In this document: piece after piece, positions 23,753 to 33,000 of the stretch
How positions within the stretch are numbered: the stretch's first letter is position 1
Layout: each line of letters opens with the position of its first letter
DNA from: a virus
Taxonomy: Duplodnaviria > Caudoviricetes
IMG/VR virus record: IMGVR_UViG_3300021082_000042
Location: 1 to 46,817 of that record
Direction: 5' to 3' (one strand)
Length of the DNA: 46,817 nt
Made by a program: the position numbers and the translations under genes
The notes under the pieces: generated by a model
Told to the model about the DNA's origin: nothing
The model's input: only the letters and a program-made list of their open reading frames with translations
The model's database searches: none

Positions 23753-24022
23753 CTAATTCAGACTCTTTGATCGGTGCTCTCGCCTCGCGGGCGGCAGTGG
23801 CACCGCGATGCGGGCGAGGGTTGCTTCATCGGGCGGCCCGGGTTCCGGCAGGTCGCCGAGGGGGCAATGGTTGATGATGTACTCGATGGTTTTCGGCTGG
23901 CTGCAGGACAGCGAACCGTGCATCTCCTCGATGCGTTTTTGAATGCGGTAGAGCCTATCCCACGCCTCCTTGGTCAACGGTACGTTGAGATTCTTGGTCC
24001 TCTGCTGCTTACGCTTCGCCAT
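23753..24022 (-). CDS. Cro-position small DNA-binding protein (ribbon-helix-helix-like)
   Basis: First gene after the early promoter, divergent from the repressor; KNLNVPLT strand then helices; GGAGG RBS. Confidence 0.6.
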   Translation of the reverse strand: MAKRKQQRTKNLNVPLTKEAWDRLYRIQKRIEEMHGSLSCSQPKTIEYIINHCPLGDLPEPGPPDEATLARIAVPLPPARREHRSKSLN

Positions 24023-24094
24023 GAGCACACACCTCCCCGCCTCCCCCTATTCCGGGGATTAGTGACGGACGAACCCTTGTGGTTTTGATTCGAA

Positions 24095-24140
24095 GCTAAG
24101 AATACGGCCCGCCTGTTTTTCAGGCCCGGTGTATTCCTAA
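24095..24140 (-). promoter_or_regulatory. Leader hairpin of the early transcript
   Basis: UUAGGAAUAC/GUAUUCUUAG basal stem and apical GCCUG-AAAAA-CAGGC. Confidence 0.55.
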
Positions 24141-24154
24141 TCGTTGTGACTCAA

Positions 24155-24183
24155 AATATAACGCCACCCCATCGGGCCGTCAA
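24155..24183 (-). promoter_or_regulatory. Strong sigma70 early (lytic) promoter
   Basis: TTGACG-N17-TATATT. Confidence 0.85.
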
Positions 24184-24276
24184 GAGCTTTTCCTGGTCTC
24201 CGTGCGATAGCACACGACGGTACGTAGGCGAATCGGGGAAATACCTGTTTACGGGCAGTGGAGAAGCTTCTCACCT

Positions 24277-24621
24277 ATGAATCGTCCCGTGGTCACGGTG
24301 CGTGAATTGGCGCAGAATTCGGATATGAAACCCAGAAAACCCCTGGGACCGGATGAAGTTAGAATTCGGCGGGCTTACGGGATGACAATACGGGTTCTGC
24401 GCGAACGCCTGGGTATCGCCCAGGAGAAGCTGGCGCTTGAGGCGGGTAAGGATAGGGCACACATGAGCAACCTGGAACGGGGAACGCATACGCCGACCCT
24501 GGCGACGGTGCTTCATTTCCTGCCCTATCTAAAAGTGACCTTCCCCGAATTCGCCGTCGAGTTCGATAAATGCCTGCGCCGCGCCCGGCGGGAGATCAAA
24601 AAGAACGGGACCGTCGATTAG
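24277..24621 (+). CDS. XRE-family repressor (no peptidase domain)
   Basis: IRVLRERLGIAQEKLALEAGKDRAHMSNLERGTHTPTL; the start may be 24325. Confidence 0.88.
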   Translation: MNRPVVTVRELAQNSDMKPRKPLGPDEVRIRRAYGMTIRVLRERLGIAQEKLALEAGKDRAHMSNLERGTHTPTLATVLHFLPYLKVTFPEFAVEFDKCLRRARREIKKNGTVD

Positions 24622-25010
24622 GCGGCGTGGTCGCTGCGCCACTGGTAGACCTGGGGCGGGGCGATCTCGGCCACCGCAAAGCGCGGCATGAAGGCTTCGA
24701 TGCTTTCCAGGACCAGATCGTTGAGGGCGCCTTCGGTAGCGTCATCGTTGTCGGTTTTTAGCAGCGCGTGGACCTCGGCCTGGGTCGCCGGATCCTGGAT
24801 GAAATAGGCCAGGGTGCGGATGGCATACAGGTCCGGGGTCAGCGGAATCCGCTCGGCCACCAGCCGGAGGCGAATCCACTCGTCCGTGGGCAGCGAGGCC
24901 GGGAGGGGCTCGGCGGTCCTGGCGGCGGCCCACAGCAACAGGCCGATGTAGTTCCGGTCCTTCGCGGTTTGGCTGCGGGAGTATTCGGCAAGCGCTCGGC
25001 TGTCGATCAT
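24618..25010 (-). CDS. Tail-fibre-associated hypothetical protein
   Basis: Last late gene; ATGA-coupled; resembles 25007-25294. Confidence 0.7.
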   Translation of the reverse strand: MIDSRALAEYSRSQTAKDRNYIGLLLWAAARTAEPLPASLPTDEWIRLRLVAERIPLTPDLYAIRTLAYFIQDPATQAEVHALLKTDNDDATEGALNDLVLESIEAFMPRFAVAEIAPPQVYQWRSDHAA

Positions 25011-25294
25011 AGGAGTTTATTCACCACGCCTTCAACCGCTCCCTGCAACGCGAGGTCAGTGATCAAGGCGCCGTTTTCCTGGACGGCAGGGTCCATGACG
25101 GTGGGTGGCTGTAATTGACTGGCAACCGCTTGGGGGTTCCGGTAGGTTTCCATCGCCCACCGCTCCCTGGTATTGTGCGCGGGAGTGTTGGTCGGTTCGA
25201 TCATAATCGAGCCAGCATATTTGAGCGCGGCAACCTTGATGCGACCCAGAAAGGTAAAGTCGTTCATCAAAGCGTTGGATTCTTCGTATGTCAT
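25007..25294 (-). CDS. Tail-fibre-associated hypothetical protein
   Basis: RBS AAGGAG before MTYEES. Confidence 0.75.
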   Translation of the reverse strand: MTYEESNALMNDFTFLGRIKVAALKYAGSIMIEPTNTPAHNTRERWAMETYRNPQAVASQLQPPTVMDPAVQENGALITDLALQGAVEGVVNKLL

Positions 25295-25304
25295 ATTGCT
25301 CCTT

Positions 25305-26729
25305 CTATTCGATGGGAATGTATGCCGTCCGCAGCGCGCCCGCCGCGTTGCGGTAGCGGACGGCGAGACGGCCCTGATCTTCATCCAGCCAGATATTCAG
25401 GCCACCATTCGGCGGGAGATCGTCCGCACCCGCTGCCAGCGTTGCCAGATGCGGCGTTCCATTGAGCAGATAGCTTCCACTGCTTACGTTGATACTGCCG
25501 CTCACGTCGAGGGTGTATTGAGGATTTGTTTTACCTATCCCGACTTGACCTGTTCCCGCAATCCGCATCCGTTCGACCTGCGTGTCCAGGCCAGTGCAAA
25601 ATTCGAGTGTGCCCGCGTAGCCGTCGGCCCCGTGGGCCGTGGAAATGATCCTGGCTCGTGACTGCGCCCCCGACCAGAACACGATGGCCGTCTGGTCTTC
25701 GGCTGCACCCCCTAAATTTTGTAGAGCCAGCGTGCCGCCCATTCCGCCGGGAGCGTTCTTAGCGACATTCAATCTTCCTTGAAGGCTGTTCCCCCCGCCG
25801 ATGCTGACATTGCCGTCCCTATCGAGCAGAATACTGTAAGCACCGTCACCCAATGCACCGCCATAGTAGGCGTTCGTGATGTAGAGAGCCGTGTCGGTAG
25901 CCTTTGAGCCAACATAGGCAGCGGCAACGCCTGACTGCAACAAATAGAGCGCGGTCTGTACCCCATACCCCCGCGAGACTGTCAAGGCTTGGGACGGGGT
26001 AGTTGTCCCGATTCCGCAATTGCCCCCATTAAAGTAGGTGTACCCACTGTTGCCGATTAAATTAACAAGCGTGCCAGCCGCGTCGAACATTACAATCTGG
26101 GCGGCGGTGGCGTTGCCGCTTCCGTTGTAGAGATGCAAAAATCCCGCATGACCAGCGTTGTTCCCAGAGGTGAACAGGTAGGCGCGTTTGTTCACCGCGT
26201 CAGGAGTAACCAGAAACCCCCGCTGGGCATCGGCAGCGGTTGACACCAATATGTCGCCGTCGTGGACGTGTAGCCGTGATCCGGGGCTCGCGGTCCCGAT
26301 GCCGACGCCAGTATTGGTGACGATGAGGCGCTGTGACCCCTGGGCACGTATCGCAATAGAATATGGGCCGTACTCAATCGCGGCGATCTCGGTGGCCCCG
26401 TCTACCCAGCGGCCGATTTGCCAGAAAGCAGTGTCCCAGGATGATCCCGTCCCAATACGAGCCAGCCTCGTGAGCAGCACATCGCCGTTTGTGGTGGTCG
26501 CCTGAAAGGATTGGGCGTTGAGAACGTTTCCTGAACCCGAAGGCAGCGCCCCCAACCCGACTGACACACCGCCATAGATACTCGCGCCGCTGAGGCTGAC
26601 GTTGGATAAGGTCCAGCCCCCGCCGTTGACGTTGCCGCCCCAGTTGCGGTCATCGTTCGCGAGATTGTTCAGGGCCGACGAGTACAGCTTGTCGCTATTC
26701 GTGAAATCGTTGCGCGAGAGCCACGCCAT
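25305..26729 (-). CDS. Tail fibre protein
   Basis: Repeated G(N/Q)VGIGT..P...L.V.G units; Gly/Asn/Ala-rich. Confidence 0.85.
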   Translation of the reverse strand: MAWLSRNDFTNSDKLYSSALNNLANDDRNWGGNVNGGGWTLSNVSLSGASIYGGVSVGLGALPSGSGNVLNAQSFQATTTNGDVLLTRLARIGTGSSWDTAFWQIGRWVDGATEIAAIEYGPYSIAIRAQGSQRLIVTNTGVGIGTASPGSRLHVHDGDILVSTAADAQRGFLVTPDAVNKRAYLFTSGNNAGHAGFLHLYNGSGNATAAQIVMFDAAGTLVNLIGNSGYTYFNGGNCGIGTTTPSQALTVSRGYGVQTALYLLQSGVAAAYVGSKATDTALYITNAYYGGALGDGAYSILLDRDGNVSIGGGNSLQGRLNVAKNAPGGMGGTLALQNLGGAAEDQTAIVFWSGAQSRARIISTAHGADGYAGTLEFCTGLDTQVERMRIAGTGQVGIGKTNPQYTLDVSGSINVSSGSYLLNGTPHLATLAAGADDLPPNGGLNIWLDEDQGRLAVRYRNAAGALRTAYIPIE

Positions 26730-26733
26730 ACGG

Positions 26734-27042
26734 TTACTCCTTCGCCAGAACTTCCATCCCGCCGTTGACGCGCTGCGGCGGCATGGCCTGCGGCGGATCG
26801 GGCATATCGCAAATCAGATTACTACCCTCAAGTCGTGCGCTGCGGTAGTCGCCCACCTGATATTGCTTCACCAGACTGGCCAGAAATTCCCGGCGCTTCT
26901 GTTCCACCACGGGCAGCGCGGCCCGCGCCGTTTCCATGTCGAGGGTGAGCGCCCCGATCTGCGCGAGGACGGTCTTGCGTTCCTCATCGAGCGCCGTTGC
27001 CTGATTCATTTCGTTCGGTTGTAAGCTGAATGCCTTTTGCAT
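26734..27042 (-). CDS. Small coiled-coil protein, possible fibre chaperone
   Basis: RBS AAGGAG; heptad pattern; lies between fibre genes. Confidence 0.7.
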   Translation of the reverse strand: MQKAFSLQPNEMNQATALDEERKTVLAQIGALTLDMETARAALPVVEQKRREFLASLVKQYQVGDYRSARLEGSNLICDMPDPPQAMPPQRVNGGMEVLAKE

Positions 27043-27057
27043 AGTTCTCCTTTTGGT

Positions 27058-30054
27058 TTACAGGATGCCTGTGAAGACCCCGCCCCTGAATTGCAGTTGC
27101 ACAGCCCCAAAATTGGTTCCGTTGAGCCAGATCGTTACAAACCCGCCAAGGCTGTCCTTGAGGGAGACGTTGTAGGTTGCCCCGGCATACCCAGTCGGGT
27201 TGAAGCCAGAAGCACCTATAGTGCTCGTTGCAACGATGGTTGAGACATCCATCCGGTAGCCTGCCGCGTTGATGTTGCCGCAGTAAATCGGCTGGCCGTT
27301 TGTAGTGATGGTCCGACAATTGAGATCGTTCGGATTGACCGTGAGGCCCGAGCAGTTCACCTGTCCTAATGTGCTGGTGCCCGAGACTTGTAGTGTTCCG
27401 CTCAGGCTTAGAGAGCTGAGTCCAAGCGTGCCTCGGATGTAGACGTTCCCGCCCGTATCGACGCTAAAATTGGTAAACCCGCCTCCATCCCTCAACGTGA
27501 AATATGATGCGCCGTGCGCTGCGCCGCCGCTACCCAGTTCCACGTTGATTCCGCCGCTGGTGCGCGAGTTCATGGTCAGAACTCCCCACCAAGCGTCGGG
27601 GGAATCGCTCCCGAAGGAATCCCCATTGAAGCTCACGAACGAACCTATCTTCTGCGAACCAGGACCTCGGAGAACGAGGCCGCGGTTAATCAGGTTGATT
27701 CCATGCGTCGTGCCAGATCGGTACAGTTGAAGACCGGGAAACTTCCAATAGCTGGTGTTCCCGTCCACGTCCGCTTTGAAAGCATCGTAGCCATATTCCA
27801 AGTGCATCGCTGCGTTGGTCGGGTTCCCCGCATTCGGGTAGTTCTGGATATAGTCGATAGTGAACTTGTTGATGTCCCGCATCTGAACGATGGTGCCCTT
27901 CGGATTTGAGGCATCGATTTTGGCGAGCATTCTCCAGTTGGCAAAGTTGTCGCCACCGTAAGCGAACTCCTTGAACCACGCTCCTTGGATCGTGCTCTCC
28001 GGACCTACCTGTCCCTGCCCCACCTTGGCACCCATGCGGCCGCATTCGACTCCGGTGGCATCCCGGATCGAGATATAGGGGTAGCGCGATCCTTGCACGT
28101 CGAAGCCGCCAACGATGACGACTCCCGCCTGGGTCGCGTACAGCGGAGCGTTGACCGGACTGTCGCCGCCCACGTAGAGTTCCGTGAACCACGCCCCGTA
28201 TACGGAATGGCCGAGAACATTATCCGGGGTGCCGACGCTGTCCTGCTGGCCAATCCAGCCGCGCAGCACGTTGGCGCTGTTGTAGACCGCAATCTGCCCG
28301 TTGGATTGCGCCCCGAAGCTGGCGTCATAAACTCCGGTGCCGCCGCCGACGCGAAGGACCGACCCCACGAAGATTTTTTTGGCGACGAAGCTCAACGCCT
28401 GGAAATACCCGCCAGGATAAGCGGGCCACTGGAACTCGGCGGGATCCCACCAGCCCGCCGGGAGGCGCGAGGGAATGATGTTATTTGCAATCGGCGTGTA
28501 GGAGTGAACCACCTTCGGGGTGAAGCCGTTGACGATGGTATTTCGCTTTCCCTGCATGTCGCGCGAGACGAAATAGAAATCCCACGTGCGCGCTGTGGGC
28601 GCAGGCTCCCAATCGGTCATCAAGGTGGTGGCATCCTTGGCCGCGTCCCAATAGATCGCCTTGGTGAGATCGGAAGCATATACGCGGGCGATGCTCACGC
28701 CGCCGAAGCTGTTGACCGTTGAGTTGGTCCATCCGGTGATCTTGTGGCGGATCATTACGACGCCATCGTTGTTGAGTTCCTGTTCTGTGGTGATCGTGAC
28801 TCCGCTGATTCCGGCTTGCCCAGTGGTATTCTCAGACCCGGCCCCGCCCGTACCGGGAGGCCCGATGTTCCAGGTGACGCGCGGGCAATTCACGCCCGGG
28901 TTTGCCGGGTCATCGCTTTGCTTCCCGAATATGTCCACCGAGATCGCAATGAGGGTCCACGCTTCGGCTACCTTCGGCCAGTCGATTACCTCCAGCGTCA
29001 TCTTCTGGATGGCTGGCCCCCTGGATCCGAACTTGCGCGGCGGGGTGACCCCGGTCCGGTAAATCTGCACTTCGGAGAAGCGGGGGGAGGTGGGCGCGGC
29101 CCAGGCGAGATCGGCCCGCGCGTAGATTGTTCCATCCGGTTCCGTGGTGTGGCGCGGATTGGTGAGCGCAAAGGCGGTCACGTACGGCGCGCTCGGCTGG
29201 CCTGCGGGCGGGTAGACGATGGTCACGTCCACGACCGGGGTCACGCCCTTGACGATGCTATTCCGCCGGCCATCCACATCGCGGGAACAGAACCAGACCT
29301 TGAAGTGCCCGCCGTTGCCCGCTTCGTAGAGATTGCTATGCCAATCCTGGGGTTTGTCCCGGTCCAGGAACATCGCCTCCTTCTGCGTGCCGTCATCGTA
29401 CTCGTAGACGGTCATCACGCCGCCAAAGGCCCTCAAGCCCGGCGGCAGGGGGATGGTGGGATCCGGGGCGGTGTAGCCGAATTCCAGATGGTACTGCGGC
29501 CCGGAGGGATTCTCAAACTCGTTGACGACGGTGACGCTGGCCCCGGTCACCAGCCAAGCGTATTCCTGGCCGCTGACGTATTCCCCGGCGGCGGCGGGGA
29601 TGCTTACCTGGACGTTCGGCGTGGGGCTTGGTTGATTGTTGCGGACCAGGGTCGCGTTCTTTACGGAGGCGAACGCCTGCAGGTAGATGCGAATATTGCG
29701 GGCCTTCGGCTGCCCGGCGACCTCGATTACCACAGGCGACTCAAAATCGTCTGTGATGTGCTTCGGTGCCCACTTGCCGGATACCTGACTGGTGCCGTCC
29801 ATTGATTTGCTGCCGTCCATCGGCAGTTCGGCTACCTCGCTGATGTCGGGGTCTTCCAGGAACACGCCGACCCCGACCGTGGGCGCGCCCGCGCCGACCG
29901 TGTACGGTATGGTGATTTCGAATTTCCCGTTGTACTCTTCGCGGACCTTCACGTTGGCAATATCGATGACCACCGGGGGCGCGTCGGGCGGAACAGGCAC
30001 CGTACCGCCGCCGGAGGTGGTGCCCTTCTCGTAGATCCAGGTTCGAGTTGCCAT
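27058..30054 (-). CDS. Large tail tip/central fibre protein
   Basis: 998 aa; repeated beta-sandwich-like units (F.SRD..G.RN.IV.G.TP twice); beta-rich C-terminus. Confidence 0.75.
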   Translation of the reverse strand: MATRTWIYEKGTTSGGGTVPVPPDAPPVVIDIANVKVREEYNGKFEITIPYTVGAGAPTVGVGVFLEDPDISEVAELPMDGSKSMDGTSQVSGKWAPKHITDDFESPVVIEVAGQPKARNIRIYLQAFASVKNATLVRNNQPSPTPNVQVSIPAAAGEYVSGQEYAWLVTGASVTVVNEFENPSGPQYHLEFGYTAPDPTIPLPPGLRAFGGVMTVYEYDDGTQKEAMFLDRDKPQDWHSNLYEAGNGGHFKVWFCSRDVDGRRNSIVKGVTPVVDVTIVYPPAGQPSAPYVTAFALTNPRHTTEPDGTIYARADLAWAAPTSPRFSEVQIYRTGVTPPRKFGSRGPAIQKMTLEVIDWPKVAEAWTLIAISVDIFGKQSDDPANPGVNCPRVTWNIGPPGTGGAGSENTTGQAGISGVTITTEQELNNDGVVMIRHKITGWTNSTVNSFGGVSIARVYASDLTKAIYWDAAKDATTLMTDWEPAPTARTWDFYFVSRDMQGKRNTIVNGFTPKVVHSYTPIANNIIPSRLPAGWWDPAEFQWPAYPGGYFQALSFVAKKIFVGSVLRVGGGTGVYDASFGAQSNGQIAVYNSANVLRGWIGQQDSVGTPDNVLGHSVYGAWFTELYVGGDSPVNAPLYATQAGVVIVGGFDVQGSRYPYISIRDATGVECGRMGAKVGQGQVGPESTIQGAWFKEFAYGGDNFANWRMLAKIDASNPKGTIVQMRDINKFTIDYIQNYPNAGNPTNAAMHLEYGYDAFKADVDGNTSYWKFPGLQLYRSGTTHGINLINRGLVLRGPGSQKIGSFVSFNGDSFGSDSPDAWWGVLTMNSRTSGGINVELGSGGAAHGASYFTLRDGGGFTNFSVDTGGNVYIRGTLGLSSLSLSGTLQVSGTSTLGQVNCSGLTVNPNDLNCRTITTNGQPIYCGNINAAGYRMDVSTIVATSTIGASGFNPTGYAGATYNVSLKDSLGGFVTIWLNGTNFGAVQLQFRGGVFTGIL

Positions 30055-30063
30055 AAGTAAAAC

Positions 30064-33000
30064 TTATCCTGCTGTGGCCCGCACTGTCTCGCCGGGCGCA
30101 AGCGTGACCGAGGGGTTCCCATCGAATAGGAATTCCCCCGGCACGCAGAGCACGATGGCGTTATTCGGCCCCGTATCATTCACCACGTACAGCGTCCTGC
30201 CCTCGTAGGAGACCAGCGGCAGCAGTTGCACCGTGACATCGTTCTCGCTGGTGTTGACCCGAATGGTCTGGTCGGTCGGCAGGGTGGCCCATGGCCCGGC
30301 ATCCGGCCCCACCACGCGCACCGAGGGCGGCTGGCCGAAGACGAAGATCTCGCGCAGCGGCGCGACGTCCTCATCGCTGTAGCGGCCCTGGTCATCAACC
30401 AGGAAGCCGCCCACGAGCGCGGTACGGTCGCGTAGGTTGCCGACGCGCATCTTGATCTCTATGCGCGCCCCTTCGCGCGGTACGTCGAGATCGCTGGTCT
30501 CGGCCTGATAAAGCCAGTCGGGATCTTCCACGATGACGACCGAGGTTGCATCCGGTACGGTAGTCCACGCGGGGCTCACGGTGATCACCGTGTTGCTGTT
30601 TCCGGTGATATAGCGCCACTGGCCCGCGCCTTTCCCGAAGAGGATTCGCGCAATGCGCCCCTTCTCTTCATCGACAGCCAGGCCGGGCGTACCGAACTGA
30701 TTCCGAGCCACGAAGTTATCCCACAGCGGATCGCCGATAGTGTTGGAGCTTGCGCTGATGCCGACCGACCGGACGATGAGCACGTCGCCCGTCTGCACCG
30801 AATCATCCGGCGAGGCCCGAACACAATCGGGCGTCACGGTGAAGGTTCCGGTGGCGCTGTCGAACGCGGTGACCGTGAAGTTCCACAGGGGCGCGCTGCC
30901 ATCGCTCTTATCGGCCAGCGCCGAAAGGATGCGCGCGGGCGGCCCCACCCAATTATCCGTGCTGCCGATAAAATCGTTGCTCTGAATCTGATTCGGCCCG
31001 GTGACCCCGGTGACGCTGACGCCCGCGACCCCGGAGTGCCAGATGTGCTTGGCGGCAATGGCCACCTTGCGCGCGGCGGCTTCCGGCATCCCTTCGGTCA
31101 TGCGGTGGATCGGTCCCGGGAACACCACGGAGGGCTGCACGTTGGTCCCGCTCGATTGCAGCGCCACGGTACGGCGGTCGGTGCCCGCCCATAAATCCCA
31201 CGGCTGATCGGAATCCGGCGAGGCGGCGACCGCCAGCGTGATCTTCTGCCCGGTGACGCCCGCCGGGATCCACACGCCGACTAGGTTGGAAGGCGCCAGG
31301 GGCTGCATCGTTGCCATGCGCTGCGTAATCGCGACGTATACCGTCATCGGGCCGGCAAGCGCGCCGCCCGCCGCCAGGGCCGCCGTGAGGATGCGAGGCT
31401 GCCGCCCCAGGGCGAACAGGTTGATGCACATCTGCCCGGCGACGAAAATGGTTGCCTCCCAACTCCCGTCGCGGGCGATGCGGTAATCCTGCCAGAGATC
31501 GAAGGTCCGTTGCAGCGGGTCGGTATACAGCGGGTCGAGCGCCACCGGGGCGATCTCGTTGGGCATCCAGGTGAGGCCCGTAATCGAGGGTAGGAGTTCG
31601 GGCGGGACCGGGGCCGCCGTCGCGTCGTCGGGCTTGGTGCCCAGGGTGAGGTCGTACATCGCGTCGGTGGTGGGGGTGGCCTCAAGGTCGATGCTGAAAT
31701 CCGGGTTCAACGTCCAGCGGGTGACGCGGCCCTCGGCGCGCGCCGGGCTGCCGGGCAGGGTTGTATGGTCCAGCGAGATGATATCGCCCGCCATCGTGTG
31801 CAGCCCCAGGACGGTGGTTCGAAAGCGCAGGGACCGGGCGCGCAGCTGCTCGGTGGGGCCGACCCCACCGATCTCCTCGCGCAGCCGGGTGGTGGCGATG
31901 CGGGCCGCTTGGCTTTTGTTACTCACGCCCACGAGGCTCATGGTTGATGAGTTGAACTGAGGCGATTCCGCGGTGCCCGCAAAGGCGGCGTGATCCATGT
32001 CGTAGATGGTCACGTTATTCATTTGCCAGTCGAATTCTTCATCGCCGAACTCGACGGTTAACTGATTGAACTGTGGTTGAATCGGGACAGTCTGCAAGCT
32101 CTTGAAAAGGACGTTGGCCCGGGTGTAGGTGTTATGCGTGGGCACCCCGGAATTGTCGCGGATGCCAAGCCAGAGCTTCCCGTTCACGAACGTATAGAAG
32201 CCCAGGCAGCAATTCAGAATCTCCTGCAGCCAATCCTTCAGGGGCTTGCGTTCCTTCAGCGCGCCGCGAAACGGGAACTGGCGCTCGTTGCCGCTGCCCA
32301 CCAGGACAGGCCCGACGAGATCGCACTTCGCGGCCATGGCGATGGCCTGGGTCACGTCGAAGAAGGCTTCCATCTGCGCGGCCGTCACCAGCGCGGCCTG
32401 GGCCTGCCCCACCCGCAGCCCGATGGCGCGCAGGTAGACGTTGACCGCGACCCAAATCGTGTTGGAGAGCGCCGGGGTCCAGACCCGCGTCCCGGGGGCG
32501 GTCCAGGTCCAGCCGCCGATCCCGCTGGCCACCGTGACGGTCATCACCCGGTCGGCCACCTGGGAAAGCTGCAAGCCCTTCTCGTCGGATCGGCGGATCT
32601 CCGCGAAGGCGAGGCCCGCCGCGTAGGTGGATCCCGGCGGGACGGTGTTCCAGGGGGCGGAATCGAGCGCGAAGAAATCGCTGGTGGCCGCCGGGTCGTT
32701 GCCCACGATGCCGCGCCAGCCGCCGCCGTTCTGCGGATCGTGCGGGGGCTGGTTATCGAGCTTATGCTTCATCAGGTCGGTGGAGTACCCGCCGATTGGT
32801 CCCTCGCCGACGATGCCGAGCGCCGAGTAGAATTCGCTCTCGTCGCGGCCCGCCGCCACGTCGCAGGTTACGGCCATCGGCTTGTCGGTGTAGATCTCCT
32901 GCACCACGCGCTGATAGACGGTATCCGCTGAGACGGTGACGCTGGTCAAGCCCGAAGAAGCCCATCCGATGGTCCCGCTGTCCTGGGGCACGAAGGCGCG

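Noticed and set aside
22627-23874. Long plus-strand ORFs (also 28744-29805, 33034-34098, 41318-42421, 43911-44888)
   Set aside because: Antisense to well-supported genes; expected in GC-rich DNA
25305-30054. Diversity-generating retroelement or invertible fibre cassette
   Set aside because: No reverse transcriptase, TR/VR pair, invertase or inverted fibre copies seen
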